Source: Octopus sinensis
Taxonomy: Eukaryota
Direction: 5' to 3'
Assembly (NCBI RefSeq): GCF_006345805.1
Contig: NC_043000.1
Span: 46,314,001-46,378,000, forward strand
Length of the DNA: 64,000 nt
Position numbers and translations under genes: made by a program. Below, in pieces: positions 40,431-52,760 of this stretch (positions are counted from its first letter, which is position 1; each line of letters begins with the position of its first letter). The notes under the pieces are model-generated. The model was not told where the DNA came from, searched no databases, and saw nothing but the letters and a program-made list of their open reading frames with translations.

Positions 40431-40709
40431 GTGGAGGCACATAGCCTAGTGCTTAGAGCAGTGGACTCACAGTTGAGGGATCACAGGTTCGAATCTCAGA
40501 CCAGGTGATGTGTGTGTTTATGAGCTAAACACCTAAACTCCACACGGCTCTGTCAGAAAGTAATGGCAAACTTCTGCTGACTCTTTTGCCACAACTTTGT
40601 CTCACTCTTTCCTCCTGCATCTTGCAGCTCACCAGGTGGGGAACCTATATGCCAAGGAAACCAGGAAACAGGCTCTATGAGCCAGGGATGGCTTGAGAAG
40701 GAACAAACA
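40431..40709 (+). mobile_element. SINE with family C head and family D tail
   Basis: Head matches 12644/19750 (gagctaaacacctaaactccac). Tail ggaaacaggctctatgagcc..gagaaggaaca matches the 40176 copy. Confidence 0.75.
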
Positions 40710-41384
40710 ATAATTTCTATAGTATATCTGTAGAGATAACCTTAACATGTAAATAGTCAAATACACCAAATTGAAAGTAGATTATTACTGCTGCTGTTGT
40801 TGTAGTTATTTGTCCTGGGTCAACCTTCCAAAACAGATATAAATTAAATACAGTCCAATTATGGCCATCCTGTCTTATCAGAGGATGCAGAACTACACTA
40901 TCTAATGTGTCCTTCCTTTACTTTTACTCAAGGCAGTAAAAGTAAAGGAGTTGGGATTTGAAGCTAAATTCTCTATGGATTCCCTTGTTGACACATAGAG
41001 TGACCCTTATTTACTCAAAAGTCGGTAGCACTGTGAGGTTCCTTTTTGCTCCAATAGTGGTAAAAACCATAATCAACTCCTCTGGATGACCCAAGCGAAA
41101 GCAAATAAGAAAGAAAGAGAGAGAGAGAGGATTCACTCAGCAGATTTGCATTAGATACTATGAAATTCAATAACTTCTTCATTAGTGCCTTTATCATATG
41201 ATTCCTCAGCCAGTGATAATTTAATTCTTTTATAACTGAATTATAGATATGGTTATTTCTCAAAAAATGCCTGGAGTCAATTTTGGTATGCATTATGAAG
41301 CCAATTCACAACATTTCAGCAACAAAATCAGAACTAAAATAATGTGGTAATATTAGATATTTGTACATGCTGTTTTATTATTCT

Positions 41385-41754
41385 TTTATTTTTTTGCTCT
41401 TCTACCTGTTTCAGTCATTTGACTGCAGCCATTCTGGAGCACTGCCATTTATTGAACAAATTCACTCCAGGACTTATTCTTTGTAAGCCTAGTGCTTATT
41501 CTATTGGTCTCTTTTGCTGAACCACTAAGTTACGGGGACATAAACACACCAGCATCGGTGTTAAGTCATGATGGTGAGGGGACAAACACAGACGCACAAA
41601 CACACATGCACACACACACACAACAGGCTTCTTTCAGTTTCCGTCTACCAGATCCACTCACAAGTCACTTGCCCAAGGTGCCACGCAGTGGGACAGAACC
41701 TGATACCATGAGGTGGAGAAGCAAGGTTCTTACCACACAGACACTCCTGCACCT
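41385..41754 (-). mobile_element. SINE family A
   Basis: Reverse complement of the 41995 copy. Confidence 0.85.
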
Positions 41755-41994
41755 ATTATAAAAACAAAATATATTTTATGAGGCTAACTTTAAATGTAGC
41801 TTTTAATATTGTGATAAGTGATGGTAGATACTTTTACAGTAACATTGATGATAATGATAAATAGTTTTTAGTGCTAATATTATGGCACATCGTTTTCAAA
41901 ACCAGTCAAAAATCTATATGCAATTCTGTCATCTACACTTAACTGCATGAAAATGTTGAATATTTATGTTTTTTTAAAAATTTTTAAACATTAT

Positions 41995-42790
41995 GCGTAG
42001 GAGTGGCTGTGTGATAAGTATCTTGCTTACGAACCATGTGGTTCCGGGTTCAGTCCCATTGCGTGGCACGTTGGGCAAGTATCTTCTACTATAGCCTCGG
42101 GCCGACCAAAGCCTTATGAGTGGATTTGGTAGTCGGAAACTGAAAGAAGCCTGTCGTATATATGTATATATATATGTATGTATGTGCATATGTTTATGTG
42201 TCTGTGTTTGTCCCCCCAACATTGCTTGACAACCAATGCTGGTGTGTTTACGTCCCTGTAACTTAGCGATTCGGCAAAAGAGACCAATAGAATAAGTGTT
42301 AGGCTTACAAAGAATAAGTCCTGGGATCAATTTGCTCGACCAAAGGCGGTGCTCCAGCATGGCCACAGTCAAATGACTGAAACAAGTAAAAGAGTAAGAG
42401 TATTAGGCTCAGGCATGGCTGTGTGGTAAGAAGCTCACTTCTAAACCACATGGTTCTGAGTTCAGTCCCACTGTCTGGCACTTTGAGCAAGTGTTTTCTA
42501 CTATAACCTTACACTGATCAAAGCTTAATGACTAGATCTGGTTGAAAAAAGCTGAAAAGAAGCTCATCGTGCTTGTGTGTATTTCTGTGACTGTGTTTCG
42601 TGTTTGACTCCCACCACTGCTTGGTACTCTGTGCTGGTATGTTTACATTCCCGTAACTTAGTGGTTTGGAAAAAGTGATCAATAAAATAAGTGCAGCACT
42701 AAGAAAAAGTACTGGCATTGAGTTTGTTAACTAAAAGTTCTTCAAGGTTGTTCCCCAATCTAATGACTTCAACAAGTAAAACAGAAAAGA
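41995..42790 (+). mobile_element. Two tandem SINE family A copies (41995-42400 less diverged, 42405-42790 more diverged)
   Basis: Two heads (ggctgtgtg..aag..ggttc..agtccca) and two tails. Confidence 0.85.
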
Positions 42791-44796
42791 TAAATCAAAA
42801 TTCTATATTCTATATGAGTTGATTAAAAGATTAGGAGATGAGAGATCAGTCTAACACTAACTGGTAGATTTCAGACTTCACTTTCCCTTTTATTTTACTT
42901 TTCTATCAGATAATGAGATTAATGTAGTGTGCAAAATAGAAATAAAAATTTTAAGAGTAATATGATAAAATTAGCAAAGTAAATATTTAAAAAATATATT
43001 ACTCTAGTATGAACTCATTTCCTTTGGTTTCAATGATCCCCATAAAAAGATTTTCATAAGCTTCATTTTTATCAATTCATTTTATTTATTCTCTATTTCC
43101 ATCAAATTTGAATAGATGCAAGAGATAATTAGAAAAAGATCTCAATGTTTATGTATTTTAATGTATTCTTTCTAAAATAAGAACTCATCTTTTTTATCAC
43201 ATATTGTATCCAAAATTTCTAAAATTAGCACCCTAGTGATACATCCAATCATCCTTTATAATCTCGACTTGGAAAATTTTAACAAAAACACTTGTAGAAA
43301 GAAAAACAAAATAGCAGATAGATCTGATGGCACTTTGGTTCATAAAAAAAGAATCTCCAGTTTTCCAATAAGAATGCTGCAAGTATGAAACTGATGAAAG
43401 TATATTGCCAAAGGCTGCTTAAATGCATGTAGAAATAATTTGTTGTCTTGGATAATTGGCAGAGAATTGGCTGAAGTCAAGCCAATTAGTTAATTCTTCC
43501 CCAAAGGAAGAAAATCTATCATTTTTTTATACAGTATTCCAGGAGTTTTATTGCTAAGAAAAGGTAATTAAATTCAATCAGCCTAAATCCTTGTAAAATT
43601 AACGAGCAATCACTTTTGCTGCTAATTTGTTTTTCCCAGGTTTGTTGAGGTTATGTTACAGATTTATGGATTCTGTTTAGTTTAGTTGTAGGAACCAATC
43701 TTAACTCAAGCTGTCATATATTAGTGTATAAATTTCTCTTAAGTCTCTCAAATAACCTTTCGTTAAACCATGCATGAAATTTACAATTCAAGTCAGTAAA
43801 TCTTCCTGAAAGAAACCAAATAAAATTTATTCTATTCAAACAAGTTGTTCATATTCTGAACAATGGAATATGTAGTTTATCTCCAACTGTTGCATTATAT
43901 CATCATGATCGTTACTATTTACCTTAACATCTTCGAAAGCAGGTTATCTATCTTAGTAAATTTCAACTGATCAAAGTGGGTTGACATTTCTTTATTATCA
44001 GGAACTTACAACAATTAATCCCTTCCATCATATCACTGACACTCTTGTTGACTTCTGTATTGCTGCTCACCTAATTATTACTTCCAAACATGAATTCTTC
44101 ATTAAACTTTCTGTTACAGTTATAAGAGAGAATGGCTCATTTGACAACTTCTACTACAATCATCACAATACATACTATTTACATTCATTATTCTCTTCAA
44201 ATGACTAATTGACTTGACTTCAACCAATTCTCTGCTAATTATCCAAGGCAACAAATGTATTTCATCTATGACCCTAGCCAAGCAACCTAAACTGCTATAG
44301 ACATCATATTTCTCAGTGAGGTCATCACAAGTGCATAAACTTGTTATTCATCTTTACAATGATTCTCTCACAGACAAACAGCAGCTGTATAAAAGGGTGG
44401 CTAAGTACTTCTGAGCCTGAAAAGATTCATTCACTCATACTAAATCACTGTCTTTTCTTTCCACTGATACATTTCTTAATAAGTTGTTAGTAATATAGTT
44501 TTATTCTATATTGTAAACTCTACACAAATATTCACCTGACCATATTTGGTACTATGCACCATGCTCCTTAATCAAGCATGTAAAAAGCACTTCAGTGAAT
44601 CTCTGTCTATGTCTTTCTCTTTCAGTGTGTGTATGTGGGTGTGTGTGTGTGTGTGTGTGTGTGTGAGTTTCTCTCTCTATCTCTCTTTCTCACACACATT
44701 ATGGTAGGATTGCTTAATTCAGACTTAATCATTTGTTAAGAATCAAGATTGTTCTCAATCAAACATGAACTATTTCAGAAAATTATTATCATGTAT

Positions 44797-45055
44797 GTGG
44801 AGGTGTGTGGCTTAGTGGTTAAGGTGTCAGCACCATGATCGTAAGATTGTGGTTTCAATTCCTAGACTGGGCGATGCATTGTGTTCTTGAGCAAAACACT
44901 TCATTTCACATTGCTCCAGTCCATTCAACAGGCAAAATGAGTAACACTGCGATGGACTGGCATCCGGTCCTGCTGGGGAACACATAAGCCATGGAAACTG
45001 GGAAACCAGGCCGATGAGCCTGGCTAGGCTTTAAAAAAGGGCACATAAATAAAAT
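44797..45055 (+). mobile_element. SINE family D
   Basis: Homologous to 40176. Flanked by a duplicated attatcatgtatgt (probable TSD). Confidence 0.85.
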
Positions 45056-47364
45056 AAATTATCATGTATGTCAGTTTACTTTTATCACTCCCAGCTACTT
45101 TTGTTACAATGACTACTACCTCACATCCCACTCTGATTATTCAAGCGTCCTACACTAGATACAATCATAAAAATTCATAACTCTCCTTTACATGACATAG
45201 ATTCAACAAGTTCTTCACTATGCAGGGTATTTGATGATGGCTTTTGAGGCTTCTACAAATAAGTCAAAACCAAATTTACATCTATTTCAAGAAGTTTCCA
45301 TAAGAAATAAACTAAATATCATAAATATTTCTGGGTAAATGATTACATTCTAAAGTGTAAGCTGATATTTAGCTAACTATATTGATCAGATCGGACTTTT
45401 TCTGTTTGGCTGCCAGTTTTCAATTTTTGAAATTTTTGTTCCGATTTCATATTGGGTCCTTTGGTGTAGTTTTTTATGGTAATCATTGACATGAAATTCA
45501 TTTATGCTATAAACCAATTAATTAAAAAGTTAATATCTTTTAAAGTTTGCAAATTTTGGGTAATTTTAGTCAATCAAATTTATTCGCAAAAATTTTCTAA
45601 AAATTCCAAAACAGAAAAAGTTATGTGGGGGTTACACGTCTTGCATAAAGCAGAATCCTACCAGTATTTCATTTGTTTACAGTTGACAACACGTGCAGTC
45701 ACACAAAATGACAGCTTCCAAATCTTGTTTTCTGATTGGGTAAAAATGATCAAACTTTAAACCTCTGTAACTTACTTAAAAAAATTTTCTGGAAAAAGTT
45801 AAATATCCCTAGAGATTTAGCATGGAAAATTACATCAATACATCAAATTTTAAAATTTTTACTTAACTTTAAAATTTCCATAGAATTTTCCAGTTAAAGT
45901 TTCCCAGAATTACAAAGCAATGACCTTAACATTTCCTTAAACCAGAGTTTCGTTTAACTGTTTTAATTAAAGCAGTGATTGTTAACCTAATAATGTTGGT
46001 TTGTAGGCCCCAGCTGAGAAAGAATAAAAATCATTCAGTTTTTTGCATTGTAAGTAATACTTCAGAATATCTTGACTTGTAAGCAATATAGCTCTCATAC
46101 TCCCTTCATATACATATTCCCTTCAACCATAAAACATAGAATAAAAGACTACATGAATGATACCAATTTATGCCATTGTTCTATTCATACTTGTTGCAGG
46201 GATGGATGTGTGGAAAGATTTCAAAAGTGTAACCTATCAAAAGCCTCAAGTCCAATATCAATAAAACAATGTGTAGAGCAACTTGCTTCACTTTCTTCAT
46301 TGACATTATTTTGCTCGCTAGCAATTCATATTTAGGTGAAAGATCTCAATTCCTGGGAACCAAATGTCGGCTAACAATTACTAATCTAAAAACTTATATA
46401 TCATAAAAAAAAATGAAGACATACTTTATTGAAATGTTGAATGATGAATACAATTATACAATTACTGAGTGTGAAAATATCTTGAAAAAAGTGTCAATGT
46501 CTCCTGGAAAAACATCTTTATACATTACATTACTGAGGCTTAAGCCAGCCATTTTCCATAATTTTCAATTGATTGTATTCAAAATTAAGTTTTCCCTCAC
46601 CAATACTGAAAACTAGCCAATTTAGTAACTATATTTGCTGTAGCGCTATGAGCATTTTAAATAAACAAACAGAAAAACTAAAAGATAAAAGTAGTTACAT
46701 ATCATCATCGTCATCATCATCATCATAATTATCTATTGAGTACTTTTGCCCTTAAATGTCCCTATATATAGAATGCATTTTAATAAGGATGTAAATTTCT
46801 TTTTTATTTTGCATAGCATTTTATATTAATCTAGTTTATAAATTCATATCTTTTTCAGTTTTTATCTAGTGGTCATAAGCAAACTTTTTACTAATATCAC
46901 ACAAGAAAAGTTTTTTTTGCTGAATTGTTTCCTAAACGTACGACATAGTTGTCATACTGTAGATGTGCTTTACAATAAATGATAATGTTTAATATTTTGG
47001 TTAACAATTTTAACGGCACATTGTTAAAAATGATGACCCAGTTTAGATAAGGTTCAGATACATGTTGCTCAGATATTTGAGATTTTGCCTTTGTGTTCAT
47101 CCTTTGAAAGTTTGCAGGAACACTTTTACACTTATAAAAGCATTAAATACCATTTTTAAATGAAATACTGCCATATAGATTTGATTTTCATTATTTCTAC
47201 CACACAGAGTTCTCAGCAAACATTGTTTAAAAGTCTACTACATATACAAGCTTCTAAAATTAATATTTATTTTACTTAAAACTCTATCCATGTTTTATAC
47301 ATGAGAGCACTATTAGCCAATTTAAGAGAACAGACAGACAAACAAAAGTTCAGTCATTAATTAC

Positions 47365-47391
47365 TTGCCATCATTACTACTGCAAGAAGCT
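47365..47391 (-). CDS. Candidate 27-nt micro-exon
   Basis: ggtctattttgtacag|AGCTTCTTGCAGTAGTAATGATGGCAA|gtaatt. An alternative GC donor gcaagt lies 4 nt earlier. Confidence 0.25.
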
Positions 47392-47560
47392 CTGTACAAA
47401 ATAGACCAATAAACTGGGCTAAAATAAGTACCACAAGGTCAATAAAATTCATATCTCTAACAAAGGAATTAGTAAATTTGATAAGTGGTTTGTTAACTTG
47501 CTGTAATAAGTCCAGTTCTTCATCTGAGTATGATTTGGAGAGCAATAGGCTCAAACATAC

Positions 47561-47578
47561 TAACTTGCATGAGATGCA
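47561..47578 (-). CDS. Candidate 18-nt micro-exon
   Basis: gtctttatatag|TGCATCTCATGCAAGTTA|gtatgt. Confidence 0.2.
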
Positions 47579-49052
47579 CTATATAAAGACTGGTGCTCCT
47601 ACAATGAAATTTATTACAGTAAAACTGCTATATATTTTATATATATCTAATCTATTTTATCATCTGTATTCAACTTTTCAGTTCCATCAAGTCAAGTTTC
47701 AATGTATGTAAATGACAATAAAAGAATTCTATTCTATTGTATTCTATTTTGAAAGGAAAGACCAAAATATTCTTTAAGACTAGCTGTCGCTGCCTTAGAA
47801 CAACTCATCTAAAAAGTAATGTTTTTAGCACCAACCCACTTGATACCCTCCCTTGACCTCTCATCTCACTTGAAACTGTACATAGTGAAGTGTTCATATT
47901 TGAATCAAAATCTCAAACAAATTCTCATTATTACACAAATAATAACATGAGATTACAATAGAAAGAAATTCAGTTTCATATGATAACCTTTTGCCACATT
48001 GTGTTAAAAAAAATAAAATAAAACAGCTTAATTTAGGAATAGATAAAAATGAAATGATAGTTATTTTACAAAAGCCCTCCAAATTCTTATTTCTGTTATG
48101 TTAATTTAGTTAAAACACATCGTCTGTCTATTGTTATTAGAAACATGATCACAAAAGAGTTACAGAAAATATATATTCCAAAAATAAAACAGATGAACAG
48201 AAGAGCTGTTCTAACATCAAAAATGAGGGAGAAAATTATTGCAATGTTGGTTCTGCTAACTTTGATCATTATAATGACATATTTAAGTATTTAAGTAATG
48301 ATGAAGAATACCCCATGCACACAACTGTTAATGATATAAACATTTCCAAAGCTCAAGGGTAAAAAATAGGTATTTCTTGAATATATTCAAATTTCTTCAT
48401 TTTCTATTTCTGAGAAATAAATCTGAAAATTTCAAGATTTTAAAATCTTCTGTTGCTGTTGTTGTTGTTATTCTATTAGTTTGAAAAACAAAATTGATAG
48501 CGTATAAATATATTCCAAACAATAGCTTATTTTACATTGAAATCAGACTTCATTTTATATCAAAATACTTGATTAAAAAGAAACATGTTGTTCTCAATTC
48601 TTATCATCTGACAATTTAGTGATTAACTCGACCAAATGTGTAATGGAAAATATATATTATATAAAATTTTCTGAAAGTTATAATAAAGCAGGTGATGAAA
48701 ATGTATATGTACATAGACATGAATGCTTATATGTGTGTGCGTGTGTGTGTGTGTGTGTGTGTTCATATATATATAGATGTATACACACACACACATGCAT
48801 ATGTATAAAGATAGATAGACAGATAGATGGATTCATTGATTGATTGGAATAGATAAGTATTTTATATGTGTGTATGTATATATGTTTACAAATGTAATAT
48901 CTACTCTTCCATGCTTCATGGATTAGATGGAGTTCATTAAGACAGATGTCCTATATATCTGGATGTCCTTCTCATACAAGGTTCAGTCACTGTGTGTGGT
49001 ATCTTAGGCAAGTGTATTCTATTATAGCTTGAACAGACCATATATATATATA

Positions 49053-49172
49053 CTGGCCTGCTCGCTTAGCCAGCGGGGTGGCGTCATTCGAAGGTTAAAA
49101 CAATGCGAACGCATTGTGACCAGTGATGTGTAACAACATCTGATGGTCTGGTCGGTCACGTGATCACGTGAT
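49053..49172 (+). mobile_element. 3' half of SINE family C tail type 2 in (TA)n
   Basis: Near-identical to 19928-20048. Confidence 0.85.
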
Positions 49173-49177
49173 ATATT

Positions 49178-49225
<48 letters not shown>

Positions 49226-49617
49226 TTATTTATTTATTTATTTATAAGTATACATAAATATCTTGGAAAAGCACAAAACCAAATGTTGGTATTTCTGTAT
49301 GTTTAACACATTTAACGTGTAAATTGGTATAGTTACATAAGAAAACTGCTATCCTCATCAATCAATATTTAATACTACTTGAAACATACATATTACATGA
49401 TTCAGATATCAACATTTGGTTTTGAGATTATTCCAATATTACAAGACTAATTCTCGTAAACATCTACCCTGTTGTTGTTTGGATAATATGTCCATAACAG
49501 AACGAGGACATATGACAGCAATACTAAAATGGATACTATCAAAATCTTTTGCTTACATGTCTTGCATCAAAGCCTACTACTATATACACACATCTATACT
49601 GTAGATGCATGTATGTA

Positions 49618-49651
<34 letters not shown>

Positions 49652-49686
49652 CACAGGTGTGGCTGTGTGGTAAGAAGCTTGCTTCC

Positions 49687-51825
49687 ATGCACGCGTTGTT
49701 GTTAGTGGTTTTCTTTACACTGAAAGAAGTGGCGACGCTGGTTTGCATTGTGGCGAACTAAGCGAAGCTCAGCTGCTAGGTAAGACTTTTGTATTTTGGA
49801 TTTCAGTGAGGGTTTGTTGTTTAGTATTTATTTTTTGTTTTCAGGCAAGAAATCCTCACTGGATCCAAGGCATTTGTGTGCCTGCAGTTGGGCATAAGTA
49901 TCTCACTTAGTGGTGAGAAGTAAGTTGCTTTGGGGGCGTATCTTCCCTCCAAAAATTGTGAGCTTTATTGTTTTTGTGTTCTTGTTGCTGTGTTCCTGCA
50001 ATTATTTGGTTGATCTGGAATACCAGTGACCAGAAGATTGTGTGCAGTATTTTGGGGGTGTATCCCACCTACAAATATTGTGAAATTTGTTTTACCAATT
50101 TTTGTATCAATTTATTGATGAAATTTGTGAAACTTTGTTCCAGTTGTTGCATTCCTGTTGCTATACCAGTTAGTCAGAAGTACCAGTTGGCCAGATGATT
50201 GAAGTCGCTGTGTTTTGGACTGTTTTCTTTCCTTCTCCCTTCTTTCCTTTTTTGTGTTTTAATTTTTGGACTTTTTGTGTGAGCTTTTCTTTGTCCAAAA
50301 CTTGGCAGAAAAGATGAATGCTGTGTTGGAGTGGGAGACTGTCCCACCGAAACAGTGGTTAAAAGACTTAGGGGAAAGAATGGTGGTGTTGAGGACATAT
50401 TCAAAGTCACTCGACACCATCACTGCCTTTCCCAAAATCGAAATAGAGAAAGAGTTGGCAGAGCATCTGCCAAATATAAAGTTTATTTCTAGGGGTGTCA
50501 AGTATGCAACGGTATGGCTGCTATCTGACAACCCTGAGGTAGCTCACAAATTTGCGAGCCAGCACCTGGAGGGCCAGGAGATCTTGTTACTTACCACATA
50601 TTGTGGGAAGAAGTTGACAAGAGCTTGGGTCTTCGGGTTGCCACCTGGAATGGAACCTGAGTGGATAGAAGACACTATCCGCTGGGGTTTGGATGGCAGT
50701 GGATCCAATGTTGCCGGCGGCTGATTGGGTTGGGTCAAAAGCTGTTTGACCCTGTGAACCCATCAGCTAAAAATCCGGTCTTCCCAGATTTTCTGACTAT
50801 GGCTGGTAACAGGTATCTGGTGATACTTGAGGGATGCCCCCCCCCCACCAAGTGTCACCTGTGCCTGGAATCAGAGTAGGGTCCTGGAGGAGTTAGTTGT
50901 GGAAGAGCCCCCCCCACACTCCTCGTTTGGAGGGAGAGAGGGAGATGGTCGAGGAGGTGGAGGCCTTCTCAACGAAAAAGGGCTGAAAGAGGAAGAAGGT
51001 GGGTGGCAATGGTTGCCCACTGAGGGATCCTAAGGATGCAGGAGGGAAGGAAAACTTCCCGATAAAATGGAAGAACTCCACTTTCCCATGGCAAAAGAAA
51101 AAAAGAAGAACAACGGGGCATTGCTGGCAGTCACTAACACACTGCCAGCATGTCCGAAAACCCTGTCAGTGGGAATTGTACCACCGATGGAAGAAATTGT
51201 GGCCCCTTCTTATGTGATAAATGAGGAATTTGTAACCCTCTTTCACAAGGGAGGGGCTTTAGAAAACTTTGTAAAGAAGGTGAGAAAAAAGGCTGGAGGG
51301 AAGGAGTTCTGTCCTGCACTGAGAACCCTGATTAGCCTCTGCAGGTGACTGCGAAGGTTATAGGAGAAACCGACTTGTGCAGGTTAATGAATTCCTTCCT
51401 CTGAGGATATATCTAAATTTATGCTAAAGTGTCCTGTCTTGGCACCGTGCAGGTGCTTGAATGTGGCAGTGTGCCTCATTGGGCATGGAAGTAAGAGGCT
51501 TTAATGCCTCGAATGGTAAAAAGGTAAGAGGCTTAGTGCCTCATTTTGTAAGGACATGGAGTCCATTTGTGAAAAATCTAAGAGGCTTAGTGCCTCATTT
51601 GAAAGGACCTTGTGTCCTAATGAACTATAGTAAGAGGTTTATAACCTCAATTGGTTTTATAAAAGAGAAAAAAGAACATTGTTTTCGGGAAGCAGTGATT
51701 GGTGACGGTGTGTGCTTCCCTCATCAATATCATTATTTTGCTCATCATTCATTTCATTTGTGTTGTTGCCCAGCCCGCATTTGCTTCTATCTATTTAATG
51801 CCATTATGGCAAAGTTGATGAAATA
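49687..51825 (+). mobile_element. ORF1-only L1/Tx1-like non-LTR retroelement (HAL1-like)
   Basis: 15-bp TSD aagaagcttgcttcc (49672-49686) / aagaagctttcttcc (51826-51840). Ends with gaaataaa. Contains a frameshifted ORF1 and no RT or endonuclease motifs. Confidence 0.75.
50314..51348 (+). pseudogene. Frameshifted L1/Tx1-type ORF1 (RRM-like region plus truncated zinc knuckle)
   Basis: TRAWVFGLPPGMEPEWIEDTI ... FPDFLTMAGNRYLVILEGCPPPTKCHLC matches the Tx1 ORF1 pattern V..LP..I ... IP..L.I.G.R..V...GQP..CxxC. It is followed by a K/E-rich tail. Confidence 0.65.
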
Positions 51826-52006
51826 AAGAAGCTTTCTTCCCAACGACATGATTCTATGATTAGTCCCACTGCATGGCAATTTTGGGCAGGTGTCTTCTAC
51901 TATAGCCTTGGGCAAACCAAAGACTTGTGAGTGGATTTGGTAGACGGAAACTGAAACAAGCCCATTGTATATATACTGTATGTATGTATACATATATATA
52001 TATATA

Positions 52007-52590
52007 TATTGTTGTATTTCGGAATAGTCATATTGCCAGTTTAGCCAATAAAATCACACGCACTATATATTTGGTGTTATTTTGCTTCAGTGTTATTTAT
52101 TTTTTTACATTAATCTTAAACTTATTTCGGCCAGAGTTCTTTCGTCACACTCCTGTGACCGCATCAGTGGTCCTTTGTTTTCTTCTTTCTTATTTGTGTT
52201 TCTCCTTACTAACCGTCAACCATTTTGTATTTCTATTGTATGTCTTCATTTGCGCATGCTTATATCTCTATGTGCGTCTATGTTTATTTAGTGTGTGTTT
52301 GTGGGGGGATGCCTGTAATATTTGTATCTTCTGTTTATATATGTTCATGTAATTTGTTTGTTTTTTTCAATTCGATTTATTATTATTATTACTAGTATTG
52401 TTGTTATACATACATACATATATACAAGCATATGTAATGATAATAATAAGTGGATGTAAACACATGAACAAAATAAGAATAAACAAAACAACAAAATAAA
52501 TAACACTGAAGCAAAATAACACCAAATATATAGTGCGTGTGTTTTTATTGGCTAAACTGGCAATATGACCATTCTGAAATATAACAATAT
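52007..52590. mobile_element. Element bounded by ~95-bp inverted repeats (MITE or inverted Penelope-type repeats)
   Basis: 52007-52102 is approximately the reverse complement of 52492-52590 (gtcatattgccagtttagccaataaaa..cacacgcactatatatttggtgttattttgcttcagtgttatttattt). Confidence 0.8.
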
Positions 52591-52653
52591 CTGTTTCAAC
52601 ACGCGACTTCACATAAAAAACCTTGCACAACAAATATTTAAACGTATATATAT

Positions 52654-52701
<48 letters not shown>

Positions 52702-52727
52702 TGTATGTATGTATGTATGTATGTATG

Positions 52728-52760
<33 letters not shown>

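Larger units (their letters stand above)
40040..40743. mobile_element. Fold-back MITE (~65-bp TIRs) interrupted by a SINE pair
   Basis: Left arm aaggttatctctatagatattctatagaaattattgccaacactgatttttgttgcgacattt. The right arm is split at a duplicated ataatttct (40165-40173 and 40710-40718). Confidence 0.8.

Noticed and set aside
45325-45930. Possible DNA transposon remnant
   Set aside because: Only a short imperfect inverted motif and no TSD, so it cannot be classified.
43534-46049. Plus-strand exon-like segments (43534-43562, about 43640, 46007-46049; also about 10688 and 59688-59713)
   Set aside because: No coherent joined frame was found. They show that such signals can arise by chance, which tempers the minus-strand micro-exon model.
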